Positions 46,816-59,401 of a DNA stretch of 64,000 nucleotides are shown here, one piece after another (position 1 is the stretch's first letter; each line of letters begins with the position of its first letter). The DNA lies in NCBI GenBank assembly GCA_963718525.1, contig OY970355.1:1888001-1952000 (forward strand), given 5' to 3'. The position numbers and the translations under genes are program-made. The notes under the pieces were generated by a model that saw only the letters and a program-made list of their open reading frames with translations, did not search any database and was not told where the DNA came from. Source of the DNA: Candidatus Dormiibacterota bacterium. GTDB taxonomy: Bacteria > Chloroflexota > Dormibacteria > Aeolococcales > Aeolococcaceae.

Positions 46816-47781
46816 ATGCCAGCTGTGACCGTCGACGACATCTCCGCGCTGCCCCACATCCCTCAGCCTGATCCGACCGCCACGTCGTTCCGTCCGGTGA
46901 TCAGCGTGACCACCGCGCCACGCGGCTTCGAGGGTGAGGGGTTCCCGGTGCACCGCGCGTTCGCCGGTACCGATCCGGCACTCATCGATCCGTTCATTCA
47001 CATGGATCAGATGGGCGAGGTCGAATACGCGCCGGGCGAGCCCAAGGGAACGCCATGGCATCCGCATCGCGGCTTCGAAACGGTGACCTACATGATCGAT
47101 GGGACGTTTCAACACCAGGACAGCAACGGTGGTGGCGGCCTGATCACCAATGGCGACACGCAGTGGATGACGGCCGGCGCGGGCATCCTGCACATCGAGC
47201 GTCCGCCGGAAGAGCTCATCGCCAGTGGCGGTCTCTTCCACGGATTCCAGTTGTGGGTGAACCTTCCCGCCGCGCAGAAGTGGGTGCCCGCCCGCTATCA
47301 GGACATCCGCGCGGGCAACGTCGCGCTGCTGACCTCGTACGACGGGGGTGCGCTGTTGCGGGTCATCGCCGGCGAGGTCGCCGGTCATCGTGGACCTGGC
47401 GTCACCTACACCCCGATATCGCTAGCGCACGTCACCGTGAGCCCCGGGGCGCGGCTCGTGCTGCCCTGGCCGCGTGATTTCAACGCCCTGGTGTATGCGC
47501 TCTCCGGCAGTGGAACCGTCGGTGAGGAGCGACGTCCGATTGAGTCCGGTCAGCTCGCCGCACTCGGCGCGGGCGACGTCATCACGGCCACCGCTGGAAC
47601 CCACCAGGAGAGCCGGCATCCGAACCTGGACCTGCTCATCCTCGGCGGCAGCCCGATCCGCGAACCGGTGGCGCACTACGGCCCGTTCGTCATGAACACG
47701 CACGCGGAGATCGCGCAGGCGCTCGCCGACTACCAGTCCGGCAAGATGGGCGCCGTTCCTGCGAACCACATCGGGAACTGA
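46816..47781 (+). CDS. Pirin family protein
   Basis: DPF, HPHRGFETVTY, QWMTAGAGILHIE, QLWVNLP and GPFVMN. Confidence 0.95.
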   Translation: MPAVTVDDISALPHIPQPDPTATSFRPVISVTTAPRGFEGEGFPVHRAFAGTDPALIDPFIHMDQMGEVEYAPGEPKGTPWHPHRGFETVTYMIDGTFQHQDSNGGGGLITNGDTQWMTAGAGILHIERPPEELIASGGLFHGFQLWVNLPAAQKWVPARYQDIRAGNVALLTSYDGGALLRVIAGEVAGHRGPGVTYTPISLAHVTVSPGARLVLPWPRDFNALVYALSGSGTVGEERRPIESGQLAALGAGDVITATAGTHQESRHPNLDLLILGGSPIREPVAHYGPFVMNTHAEIAQALADYQSGKMGAVPANHIGN

Positions 47782-47782
47782 C

Positions 47783-49240
47783 CTACAGGCCGTACGTCTC
47801 GAGGAGCCGGAGCCAGATCTCGCTGATCGTCGGGTACGACGGCACGGCGTGCCAGAGCCGGTCGAGCGGCACCTGGCCGACCACGGCAACCGTTGCGGCG
47901 TGGATGAGGTCGCCGACCCCCGGCCCCGCGAAGGTCACCCCGACGATGACCTTGCGATCCTCGTCGACCACCATCCGCGCGCGGCCGGCATAGCCGTCCG
48001 CGAGCAACTCCGCTCCTGATACCTCGCCGATCTCGTAGTCGACCGCGCGCACCCGCAGGCCGGCGGCAACCGCGCCCGCGTGGGTGAGGCCCACCGCGGA
48101 CACTTCGGGATCGGTGAAGACCACCTGGGGTATCGCGCCGTGATCCGCAGTTGCGCTGAAGGCGGACCAGGGCGGCGGATCGCCCGTCAGCTCGCCCTTG
48201 GCGCGGGCCACGATGGCGTCGCCGCAGGCGCGCGCCTGATATTTGCCCATGTGGGTGAGCAGCGCTCGGTGGTTGAGATCCCCCGCGGCGTAGAGCCAGT
48301 CACCGCCGCCCTCCACCCGACACGTGTCGTCGACGTTGAGCCATGAGCCGGGCCGGAGGCCGACGCTGTCGAGGCCGACCTCGTCGGTGCGGGGCGCCCG
48401 GCCGGTGGCCACCAGGAGCTCGTCGCCCGTGAGTGTCCTCCGGTTGCCGCCATCGCCATCGGCGATGTCCACGGAGATCTCGCCCCCGGCTGCACGTGTG
48501 ACCCGCTCGGTGGCGGTGCTGAGCAGCACATCGATGCCGCGCCTCTCGAAGGACGCGAGCACCGCCTCACCCGCGAAGTCCTCGGTGTTGCCGAGGATCC
48601 GGTCGTCGCGGACGACGAGCGTCACCTCCTCGCTGCCGAGGCTCTTGAATGCGTCGGCCATCTCGCAGGCGACGACGCCGCCGCCGATGATGACGAGGCG
48701 GCGGGGCACCACCTGGGCGCTGGTGGCCTCATGGCTGGTCCACGCATGGGCGGATTCGATACCGGGAATCGGCGGGATCGAGGCCCTGCTGCCGGTGCAC
48801 AGCGCGACGGCATACCGAGCGGCGAGTGTGAACTCGGGACCTTCTGCCGGGGTCACGGTGACCCGCAGCTTCCCCGCGAGACGCCCCCTGCCTCGAGCCA
48901 GGTCGATCGGCTGGCGGTCCAGCCACTGGACCTGGCTGTCGTCCTTCCAATGAGAAGTGAAGCTGTCACGGCGGCGGAAGACGGCTGCGCTGTCGAGGGT
49001 GCCGGTGACCGCCTGCCTGGCGCCGTCGACCGCCAGCGCCGCGCGCAGCGCCTGCCCGCTGCGGAGGAGCGCCTTGCTCGGCATGCATGCCCAGTAGGAG
49101 CACTCACCGCCGACCAGCTCGCTCTCGACCACCGCGCAGGTCAGACCGCCTCTGACCACGCGACCGGCGACGTTCTCGCCGGTCGATCCCGCTCCCACGA
49201 CGACAACGTCGTACTCACCGTCGTGATCGATCACAGGCAT
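47783..49240 (-). CDS. Pyridine nucleotide-disulfide oxidoreductase (Lpd-like)
   Basis: VGAG, GGECSYWACMPSK, ATGR.P, AAGD and HAVPSYPT.SE. Confidence 0.9.
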   Translation of the reverse strand: MPVIDHDGEYDVVVVGAGSTGENVAGRVVRGGLTCAVVESELVGGECSYWACMPSKALLRSGQALRAALAVDGARQAVTGTLDSAAVFRRRDSFTSHWKDDSQVQWLDRQPIDLARGRGRLAGKLRVTVTPAEGPEFTLAARYAVALCTGSRASIPPIPGIESAHAWTSHEATSAQVVPRRLVIIGGGVVACEMADAFKSLGSEEVTLVVRDDRILGNTEDFAGEAVLASFERRGIDVLLSTATERVTRAAGGEISVDIADGDGGNRRTLTGDELLVATGRAPRTDEVGLDSVGLRPGSWLNVDDTCRVEGGGDWLYAAGDLNHRALLTHMGKYQARACGDAIVARAKGELTGDPPPWSAFSATADHGAIPQVVFTDPEVSAVGLTHAGAVAAGLRVRAVDYEIGEVSGAELLADGYAGRARMVVDEDRKVIVGVTFAGPGVGDLIHAATVAVVGQVPLDRLWHAVPSYPTISEIWLRLLETYGL

Positions 49241-49279
49241 GGGTGCCCCTCCAGGTGGTGATGCGCTGCCGTGGCTGTC

Positions 49280-51774
<2,495 letters not shown>

Positions 51775-51779
51775 CGCCG

Positions 51780-52523
51780 GTGGCGCTACCCGAGGTCGAC
51801 GTCAGCCTGACGATCCCGGCCCACAACGAGGCTGAGAACATCGGACGCGTCCTCCGGGATGTCATGGCGGTCCTGTCCCAGGAGGGGAGGGCCTACGAGA
51901 TCGTCCTCGTGGACGACGCCAGCCAGGACGACACGGTTGGTGCTGCGCGACGGGCCATGGGCGAGGCGGCGAGGAACCTGACCGTTGTGACCCACAAGCA
52001 GCAGCGCGGCTACGCGGTGACCGTCTGCGACGGGCTCCGCGCGTCGCGGGGCAGGATCCTCGCCTTCATGGACGGCGACGGCCAGTTTGATCCGGCCGAC
52101 CTGGGGAGGCTGATCGCCGGGCTCGACCGCGCGGACATGGTGGCCGGGATCCGCAACCGCCGAGCCGACCCGTGGTATCGATCATTTGTCAGCGGCGTGT
52201 ACAACCGCATGGTTCGCCTCGCCTTCGGTATCCGTGAGCTCGACTTCGATTGCGGGCTCAAGGTTTTCACCCGCGCGCTCTGGGATGCCGTCACCCCCAT
52301 CCGCGCTCGGTCGGCGGTGTTCAATCCGGAGATGTTCTTCAAGGCTCACCGGCTGGGATTCCGGGTGATCCAGATGCGCGTCGAGCACCTGCCCCGGCTG
52401 GCCGGCCGCCGGTCGGGAGGACGGCTGATCCCCGTGGCTCGAGCCATGCGCGACGTGATTCGTCTGCGGGTGTCACTCGCGATGACCTGGCGACCGGAGG
52501 GCGCCCGCCGGGAGCGAGTCTAG
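51780..52523 (+). CDS. GT2 polyprenol-phosphate glycosyltransferase (DPM-synthase-like)
   Basis: IPAHNE, VDDASQD.T, MDGDGQF, G.R..R.D, DFDCGLK and H.PR.AG. Confidence 0.88.
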   Translation: MALPEVDVSLTIPAHNEAENIGRVLRDVMAVLSQEGRAYEIVLVDDASQDDTVGAARRAMGEAARNLTVVTHKQQRGYAVTVCDGLRASRGRILAFMDGDGQFDPADLGRLIAGLDRADMVAGIRNRRADPWYRSFVSGVYNRMVRLAFGIRELDFDCGLKVFTRALWDAVTPIRARSAVFNPEMFFKAHRLGFRVIQMRVEHLPRLAGRRSGGRLIPVARAMRDVIRLRVSLAMTWRPEGARRERV

Positions 52524-54061
52524 GTGCGCAGAGCGGCGATTCCAGGATTGCTCGTCCTGGCCGTGCTCCGGCTGCCGTCGCTCATGGAGCCGCACTGGTA
52601 CACCGACGAGGCGGGGTACCTGAATGTTGCCCGTGAGCTGCTCAAGGGCAAGGTGCTCTACTCGCAGACCTGGAACAACAAGCCCCCGCTGATGCTCTGG
52701 ACGATCGCTCTCGACGTGAAGCTGTTCGGGTCGAGCGAGATCGCGCTCCATGTCCTGACGCTCATCAGCGGCGTGGTGGCGATCCTCGCCATCGTGTGGG
52801 CGGCGACGCGCCTCTACACACCGCGACGTGCACTGGTCGCCGGCGTGATCGCCGCGGTCATCCTGGGGACGCCGCTGGTGGACGCTGAACTGGCGCTCCC
52901 CGAGAGCCTGATGATCGCGCCGCTTTCATGGGCCGGCGCGATTGTTCTGATCAGGATTTACCGGGGCGATCCGAGCGATCATCCGCGCCGGATCCCGCGC
53001 TGGCCGCTCGTGGTCGGCGTGCTCATGGCTGCAGCGGTCGCCTACCAGCAAACCGCGGTAGCCGAGACGTCGGCATTCTTCCTGGCGATGCTCGTCGCCC
53101 CGAAGCTGCTACGCCGTGACGCCTTCATCTTTCTCGGCACGGTCGCCGCGATCACCTGCGTCTGGCTGTCTGCGGCGATCATCACAGCCGGGGCGGGCAA
53201 TGTCGCGTTCGCCCTTGCCGGTTTCTACGTGGGCTACACGAAGCAGACGCTCCCCACGAGCGCTCTTGGTGGCTTCGCGCATTTCGCCCTGGCCGGTGGG
53301 GCGGCGCTGCTCATCGCTGTCGGGGCGATCCTGAGCCGTCATCGCCCACGAGTTCGACTGGGTGCTCGCACTCTGGGCCGGAGCGACCCTGGTCGTGACC
53401 GCGGTGGCCGGCCAGCAGTATCCGCACTTCCTGGAGCCGGCGGTCGCACCGCTCACGCTGCTCGCTGCAGGCATCGCCCTGCCCTCGAGGAGCTGGATCG
53501 GCGCCGGCGGCCCGCGGTCGCTGGCCGGCCCAGCCCTGCAGGCTGCCGGCCTGGTGATCGCGATCCTGATGGCGAAGGTCGCCGGGTTGGACTGGGTGCC
53601 GGTCACGCCGTCGGCGACCAACTCCCACACCCTGAGCGACTACTACGGGGGCGCAGTCGTCGCGGCATTCGACCCGACCTGGCGGACGCAGTGGCTCGAT
53701 CATTTCGACTACCGGGTCGCCGGCGATGCCAACGCCGCGGCGTGGATCACCGCGCACGGGTTCAGCGGGGACACCGCGGTCGTCTGGTCGTATGAACTCG
53801 TGGGTCTATGCGCTTGCAGACTTGCAGATCGTCATGCGCACTCCGCCCATCTACAACGATGAGGTGCTGCTCGGGTATGGCGGCCCGGTCGAGCAGTACG
53901 TCGCGAAACAGCGACCCGTGTTGATCGTCGTCAACTCCGGCGCGCAGGTGCTCTTTCCGGAGATCGGCACGCTGCTTGACAGCGGCGACTACGTCGACGA
54001 GTACCACAGCGGCCCCGACACCGTCTGGGTTCGGGCGGACAGCGCCCAGCGACTCCCGTGA
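52524..54061 (+). CDS. GT-C fold (ArnT/PMT-like) polytopic glycosyltransferase, two apparent +1 frameshifts near 53352 and 53795
   Basis: DE motif after TM1 (YTDEAGY), LY...NNKPP and many TM segments. Frames +3, +1, +2 join at GAGTTC 53350 and GAACTC 53794. Confidence 0.72.
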
Positions 54062-55297
54062 ACCCCATGACTTCCGCGGCTCGCTCGCCCTGGTATCGCG
54101 CCGACCGGGTGCTGCTCGGCGCAGCGCTCGCGATCTTCGTCGGGTTCGCGATCGCCTACACACGCATCACGCCGGTGGGTGCCTCGCCCGACGAGCTGTC
54201 CCACCTCCACTACATCAACGGCATCGCCGATCACCTCCGGCTGCCGCCGGCGGGTGAGCCGGAGCGCCAGCAGCCCCCCCTCTACTACCTCCTGGGAGCA
54301 ATCGTCGCGAAGCTCACCGGCGATGACCCGCGCCTGATCCGGTTGGTCTCCGTGGTTCTCGGCGTGCTGACCATCCTCACGGTCTACGCGGTAGGGCGCC
54401 GTCTCTTTCCGCTCAGGCCCGCGCTCGCGGTCGGGGCTGCCGCACTGGTGGCGCTGCTCCCCGAGGCCCAGTACCTCGCCGGGGCGATCAATGACGACAA
54501 CCTCGCGTGGCTCGCGGGTGCGCTCCTCGTGCTGGCGGGCGTCGTCGTGATGCAGAGCACGCAGCTGACCCCGCGCCTCGCCCTCGGGGTTGGGCTCGCA
54601 GTCGCGCTCGCGGTGCTCGCCAAGGAAACCGTCTGGGTCCTGGCGGCACTGCTCCTGCTCGTTGTCGTCGTGCGTTTCGCCCGCCAGCTGCGTGCTGTCC
54701 ATGTGACAGCCCTGGTCCTGCCCGCGATCGTGCTGGCGGGATGGTGGTTCGTGCGCAACGCAGTGGAATTCGGCAGCCCGCTCCCGCCGCTGCACCCGAT
54801 CACCGCGCAGCGTCAGGTGTTCGAACTCGTTCGCCCAGGTGCGCGGCTACATCGCCGCGACGGCCGTGAGCCTGGTGGGCATGTACGGCAACGGGGCGCA
54901 CCTGGTGGCGATCTCGATCCTCGGGATCCGGCCACTGCCGAGCACGCTCGCCATCGCCGTCATCGCGGTCGTCGCCCTGGCGGCATGCGTCGCGGTGGCA
55001 CGCTCCTGGGCGCGATGGGACACGACGCGCCGGGGCGTCGCGATCGTGCTGCTCGCCGTGCTCATGGTGGCGGCAGCGCAGTCGTTGCTGAACTCGGCCA
55101 CGTTCGATCTCCAGCCGCAGGCCCGCTATCTCCTCGTGGCCGTGGCAGCCGCCGCGCCGATCACGGCCTGGACGATCGCCTGGCGCCGGGCCGGCCCGCT
55201 CTCCCAGGCGCGAGGCGCGGCGATCGCTCTCCTCGTGGCCGTGGCGCTGGTGCTCGATGTCTCCGGCCTCATGACCGCCGCCCACGCGGCTGCGTGA
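54058..55297 (+). CDS. Second GT-C-like polytopic membrane protein, apparent +1 frameshift near 54824
   Basis: PDE..H..Y, QPPLYY, RLVS, INDD, LAK, WWFVRN and QARYL. Frames join at GAACTC 54823. Confidence 0.72.
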
Positions 55298-56242
55298 TCA
55301 GCGAACCTGTTCGCGAAAGCTCTCGAGTGTCCGCGTCAGGCCCTCGTCGAGGCTGACGGTGGGGCTCCATCCCAGGCGCTCGGCGGCGAGCGAGTTGTCC
55401 AGTGCGCTGCGAGTCACCTCGCCAGGTGGGAGGGGCTCGCGCTCGGGTTGGCCGGGATAGCCCGCGAGCGTGCAGAGGCGGCCGACGAGATCGCCGATCG
55501 CCGTCTCGCGCCCGGTGCCGATGTTGATCGCACCGGTGACCTTCGAGGTCAGGCCGAGCACGTTCGCAGCCACGATATCGCCGACGTAGATGAAGTCACG
55601 TGTCTGGGTTCCATCGCCCCGAATCACCGGCCCCTTGCCGTCGAGCACCCTGTGGCTGGAGATCGCCACCACACCGGCTTCGCCGGTGCCGTCCTGCCCC
55701 GGACCGTAGACATTGCCGTAACGGAGCGCCAGCGCGTCGATCGCGCCGGCGCGCGTGAAGTGACCAAGGTAGTACTCGATGCTGAGCTTCGCCGTGCCGT
55801 AGGGTGAACGCGGCAGCGCCGGCTCGTCCTCCGGGGTCGGCAGGCGACGTGATGCGCCGTACAGAGCTCCGCCCGACGATGCGACGACGACCCGCCGGCA
55901 TCCGGACGCCATCGCGGCCGCGAGCACGCTCACGGTGCCGAGCACGTTGATGTGTGCATCGGCCGCGGGTTCGCGCCAGGACCTGTTGACGCCGCCCTGC
56001 GCCGCGAGATGGAGGATCGCCGCCGGCTGCCACGCTTGGATGGCAGCGCGTGCCTCCGGCTCGGCGACGTCCACGGGCTCGAGCATTGCGGCGGCGGGCA
56101 ACGGCCGGTACGAGGCATGGCGCAGGTCGTCGATGACCAGCACATCCGCACCGGCGCCGAGCAACGCTTCGACACTGTGAACGCCGATAAAACCGGCGCC
56201 GCCGGTGACGACGAGGCGCTGGCCGGACATCTCCAATGCCAT
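55298..56242 (-). CDS. NAD-dependent nucleotide-sugar epimerase/dehydratase (GalE-like)
   Basis: TGGAGFIG, HLAAQ, SSGGALYG, YGTAK, RYGNVYGP and RDFIYV. Confidence 0.9.
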   Translation of the reverse strand: MALEMSGQRLVVTGGAGFIGVHSVEALLGAGADVLVIDDLRHASYRPLPAAAMLEPVDVAEPEARAAIQAWQPAAILHLAAQGGVNRSWREPAADAHINVLGTVSVLAAAMASGCRRVVVASSGGALYGASRRLPTPEDEPALPRSPYGTAKLSIEYYLGHFTRAGAIDALALRYGNVYGPGQDGTGEAGVVAISSHRVLDGKGPVIRGDGTQTRDFIYVGDIVAANVLGLTSKVTGAINIGTGRETAIGDLVGRLCTLAGYPGQPEREPLPPGEVTRSALDNSLAAERLGWSPTVSLDEGLTRTLESFREQVR

Positions 56243-57225
56243 CAGTTCCTGCTCATCAGTGCGCGCAGGAAGAGCGCCGTGTTGGCGGGCCGCTCGGCCA
56301 TGCGGCGCATGAGATAGCCGTACCACTGCACGCCGAAAGGCACGTAGACCCGCACCGTCTCACCCGCCGCACTCAGGCGATGCTGCTCATCGGGTCGAAT
56401 CCCGTACAGCATCTGATACTCATGGCTGAATCCGGATCCGCCGAGATCGCTGACGAGGCGGCCGGTCGCCTCGACAAGCTTCGGATCGTGCGTGGCCGCC
56501 ATCGGGAGCGCGCCACCGGTGATCAGCGCGCGGAGGCAGCGAAGGTACGCGCTGCGGATGTCGTCGGGGCGCTGCCACGCGATGGACGGCGGCTCCAGGT
56601 ACGCGCCCTTGCACAGCCGGATACGCGACCCGGGCACTCCCAGCGCGCGACAGTCGTCCTCGGTGCGGTGGAGCGATGCCTGGAGGACCGCCCCGGTCGA
56701 CGGGAAGTCCCTGCGCAGCAGGCCGACGATGCACAGCGTGGAGTCGGTGGTGGTGTGGTCCTCCATGTCGATCGTCACCGAGGACCCGGCGGAGCGCGCC
56801 GCCTCGCAGATGACCCGCGCATTGTCGAGGGCCATGAACTCGTCGAGTGCCTGGCCGACTGCGGACAGCTTTACCGACATCTCCGCACGGGCCGCGAGTC
56901 CCTCGTCAGATAGACGGCCGGCGAGCGAGCAATACGCCTCGACTGCGGCGCGGGCCGTCGCAGCGTCCAGCGTGTCCTCACCGAGATGATCGAGGGAGAC
57001 GTGCAGCCTTTCGCTGGTCAGCGCCCTGGTGACCCGGAGAGCGTCGTCGATGGTCTCGCCGGCGACGAAGCGGCGGACGACGTCACGCGTCAGCGGGGCT
57101 GAGGTCACGACGCGCTTGATCTGGGGACGCCGGGATGCCCAGAGGAGCACATGCCGGAGTGCGGCAGACGGACTCGCGCCGGAGGTTGTGAAGGGCGATT
57201 GCGAACCCCAGGCCTGGCTGGTCAC
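56242..57225 (-). CDS. putB: Monofunctional proline dehydrogenase
   Basis: RFVAGE, DHLGE, SVKLS, IDMED, RLCKGAY, ATHD, YQMLYG and YLMRRMAERPAN. Confidence 0.93.
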   Translation of the reverse strand: MTSQAWGSQSPFTTSGASPSAALRHVLLWASRRPQIKRVVTSAPLTRDVVRRFVAGETIDDALRVTRALTSERLHVSLDHLGEDTLDAATARAAVEAYCSLAGRLSDEGLAARAEMSVKLSAVGQALDEFMALDNARVICEAARSAGSSVTIDMEDHTTTDSTLCIVGLLRRDFPSTGAVLQASLHRTEDDCRALGVPGSRIRLCKGAYLEPPSIAWQRPDDIRSAYLRCLRALITGGALPMAATHDPKLVEATGRLVSDLGGSGFSHEYQMLYGIRPDEQHRLSAAGETVRVYVPFGVQWYGYLMRRMAERPANTALFLRALMSRN

Positions 57226-57260
57226 CGCGCGGATTATGTCCTCGCCCCCTGGTGGTCTGG

Positions 57261-58022
57261 TCAGGACGCCCACCGCGGCGGCCGGCGTTCGAGGAATGCC
57301 GTCATCCCCTCGTGAGCCTCGTCAGAGGCGAAGAGGCGTGCGGACAGTGCCACCATGTCGTCCCCGTACCGCTCGATGGCCTCCCGGACACCGCGGTTCA
57401 CGATGCGCTTCGACTCGACCAGCCCCTGCGGCGAACATCGGCGAATTTCGGCGGTGAGGCTCGCGACGGCGCCGTCGATTGCGTCGGTCGCGAGGGTGAT
57501 CAGGCCGATGCGCTGTGCTTCCGCGGCATCGAAGGTCTCGCCGGTGAGGAAGTAGCGGGCCGCAGAACGTTCGTCCAGCCGGGGGAGCACCGCCACGGAG
57601 ATGACCGCGGCCGCGAGTCCGAGCCGAGCCTCGGTGATCGCGAAGGTGCTCCGCGGGCCTGCGATGGCGATGTCACATGCCCCGATGAGCCCGATGCCGC
57701 CGGCCCGCACATTACCGTCGATCTTGGCAATAACCGGCTGGCGGACGTCGACGATCAGGCGAATCAGCGCGAGGAGTGCGCTTGCGGTACCGGTCATGGG
57801 GCCTGTCGAAGCCTCGGAAAGGTCCGCGCCCGCGCTGAACGTCGTGCCCGTGTGCGTCAGGACGACGGCGCGGACCGCGCCGTCCTCGCTCGCCGCCCGG
57901 AGCCGATCGGTGAGCTCGGCGACGAGCTGCCGCGACAGCGCGTTGCGGTTGTGTGGCGAATCGAGCGTGACGGTGGCGATGCCCCCGTCCACGCCGAGGT
58001 GGATCAGCTCGGTGTCGGTCAT
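57261..58022 (-). CDS. Enoyl-CoA hydratase/isomerase family protein
   Basis: RNALS, FSAGADL, AGGIGL..ACD, TEARLG and EGM.AFLERR. Confidence 0.92.
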   Translation of the reverse strand: MTDTELIHLGVDGGIATVTLDSPHNRNALSRQLVAELTDRLRAASEDGAVRAVVLTHTGTTFSAGADLSEASTGPMTGTASALLALIRLIVDVRQPVIAKIDGNVRAGGIGLIGACDIAIAGPRSTFAITEARLGLAAAVISVAVLPRLDERSAARYFLTGETFDAAEAQRIGLITLATDAIDGAVASLTAEIRRCSPQGLVESKRIVNRGVREAIERYGDDMVALSARLFASDEAHEGMTAFLERRPPRWAS

Positions 58023-59191
58023 GTGCGTTGCGCCTCCAGGCGTTTGAGGAACTCGTCGAAGAGGGGGACCGTGAATGCGGTGTCCCCGTGCGCGGGACTG
58101 TAGATGATGCCCTTGGCGATGAGTGCCGAACGTCGTGGCGCGACCAACTCGACGCGCACCCCGAGCGCTGCGGCGATGTCGCCGGAGCGCTGCGGTCCCG
58201 GGCCTAGGGACGCCATGGCAACCAGGTACTCCCGCTCTCGGGGCGTGAGCCGGTCGAGACGAACCAGGAAAAAGTTCTGGTCAAGCTGGTCTTGAACTCG
58301 CGGGGCGGCGCGATCGACGTCATCGACGTTGATGGGGCTCTGCGGTGCGATGTTCCAGACGTGGTATCCCCACTCCTGCAGGAAGTACGGGTACCCGTGG
58401 GCGCGCTCGACCATGATGTCGAGAGCTTCGCGGTCAATCGCGGCGCCGCTCTCCTCCGCAGGTGCGGCGAGGGCGGTGCGAGCATCGTCGTCACCGAGCG
58501 AACCGATTTCGGGAAAGTCGAACAGCCGCTCGGCATACGACTTCGCCTCGCCCGCCAGGGCGCGCAGCTGCGGAAGGCCGGCGCCCGTGAGGATCACCGG
58601 AAGGTTGAGCTGATTGGTCCGGTGGATGGCGACGATCAGCGCCGAGAGCTCCTCGGGCCTCACGTACTGCAGCTCATCGACGGCGAGCACGATGCCGGTG
58701 CCCCGGTCGCGCGCCGCCTCGCCGCACGCGACCAGGAGGTCGGTGACGTCATCGGCGAGGTTCCCGGAGTCCGCCACCCCCTTGAGCGCCTCGACGTCGA
58801 TGGAGACGCGCGTGCCGTCAGGAAGCTGCAGCGTGAAGGCCTTCAGGACGCGAAGCGCACGGGTGACGGCTGTCGAGACGACGTTGCTGCTCAGCGGGAT
58901 GAGAATCCGGCGCAGGCGAGCCGCGAGGAGCGAGGGGAAATGGCCGTGCTCTGGCGCCTCGATCAGCCCGACCCGGAATCCTTCCTGATCGGCGATCTCG
59001 ACAAACCGGTTCAGCAGGACGGTCTTGCCGGCTCCGCGCAATCCGATCATCAGGAGGCTCTTGCCGGGTCGCCCCGCGGCTGCACGGCGGAAAGCGACCC
59101 CGAATCGATTGATGAGCTCGTCCCGGCCGGTCAGCGCGGGAGGGGGAGTACCCGCTCCTGGACGGTACGGATTAGCAAGTTCATCCACCAA
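58019..59191 (-). CDS. P-loop ATPase (AAA_16/STAND-like) with a probable C-terminal winged helix
   Basis: NPYRPG, GLRGAGKT Walker A, LAVDELQ Walker B, GYPYFLQ and FTVPLF. Confidence 0.85.
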   Translation of the reverse strand: MVDELANPYRPGAGTPPPALTGRDELINRFGVAFRRAAAGRPGKSLLMIGLRGAGKTVLLNRFVEIADQEGFRVGLIEAPEHGHFPSLLAARLRRILIPLSSNVVSTAVTRALRVLKAFTLQLPDGTRVSIDVEALKGVADSGNLADDVTDLLVACGEAARDRGTGIVLAVDELQYVRPEELSALIVAIHRTNQLNLPVILTGAGLPQLRALAGEAKSYAERLFDFPEIGSLGDDDARTALAAPAEESGAAIDREALDIMVERAHGYPYFLQEWGYHVWNIAPQSPINVDDVDRAAPRVQDQLDQNFFLVRLDRLTPREREYLVAMASLGPGPQRSGDIAAALGVRVELVAPRRSALIAKGIIYSPAHGDTAFTVPLFDEFLKRLEAQRT

Positions 59192-59401
59192 CTCAACGAA
59201 TCTTATGTGAATAGACTGGTCTTATGGAACTTACGTGAGTTAGCCAGTTCGTAGCAAAGGTCGCGAAAGCTCGGCCCAAATGACCTATGCGACGACCACT
59301 GCCGGCGTCTGACCATGGTGCCGAACGCCATCGAAGCCGAGGATTGCCAGGGCGATCCACCGTGAGGGTTCGCCGAGCACGCGGCGGGGCGCGACGCCGA
59401 A

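Noticed and set aside
59250-59292. c-di-GMP-I riboswitch-like GCAAA...GAAA segment
   Set aside because: The stem around GAAA pairs for only about 2 bp, the second hairpin is missing, and no same-strand gene lies downstream.
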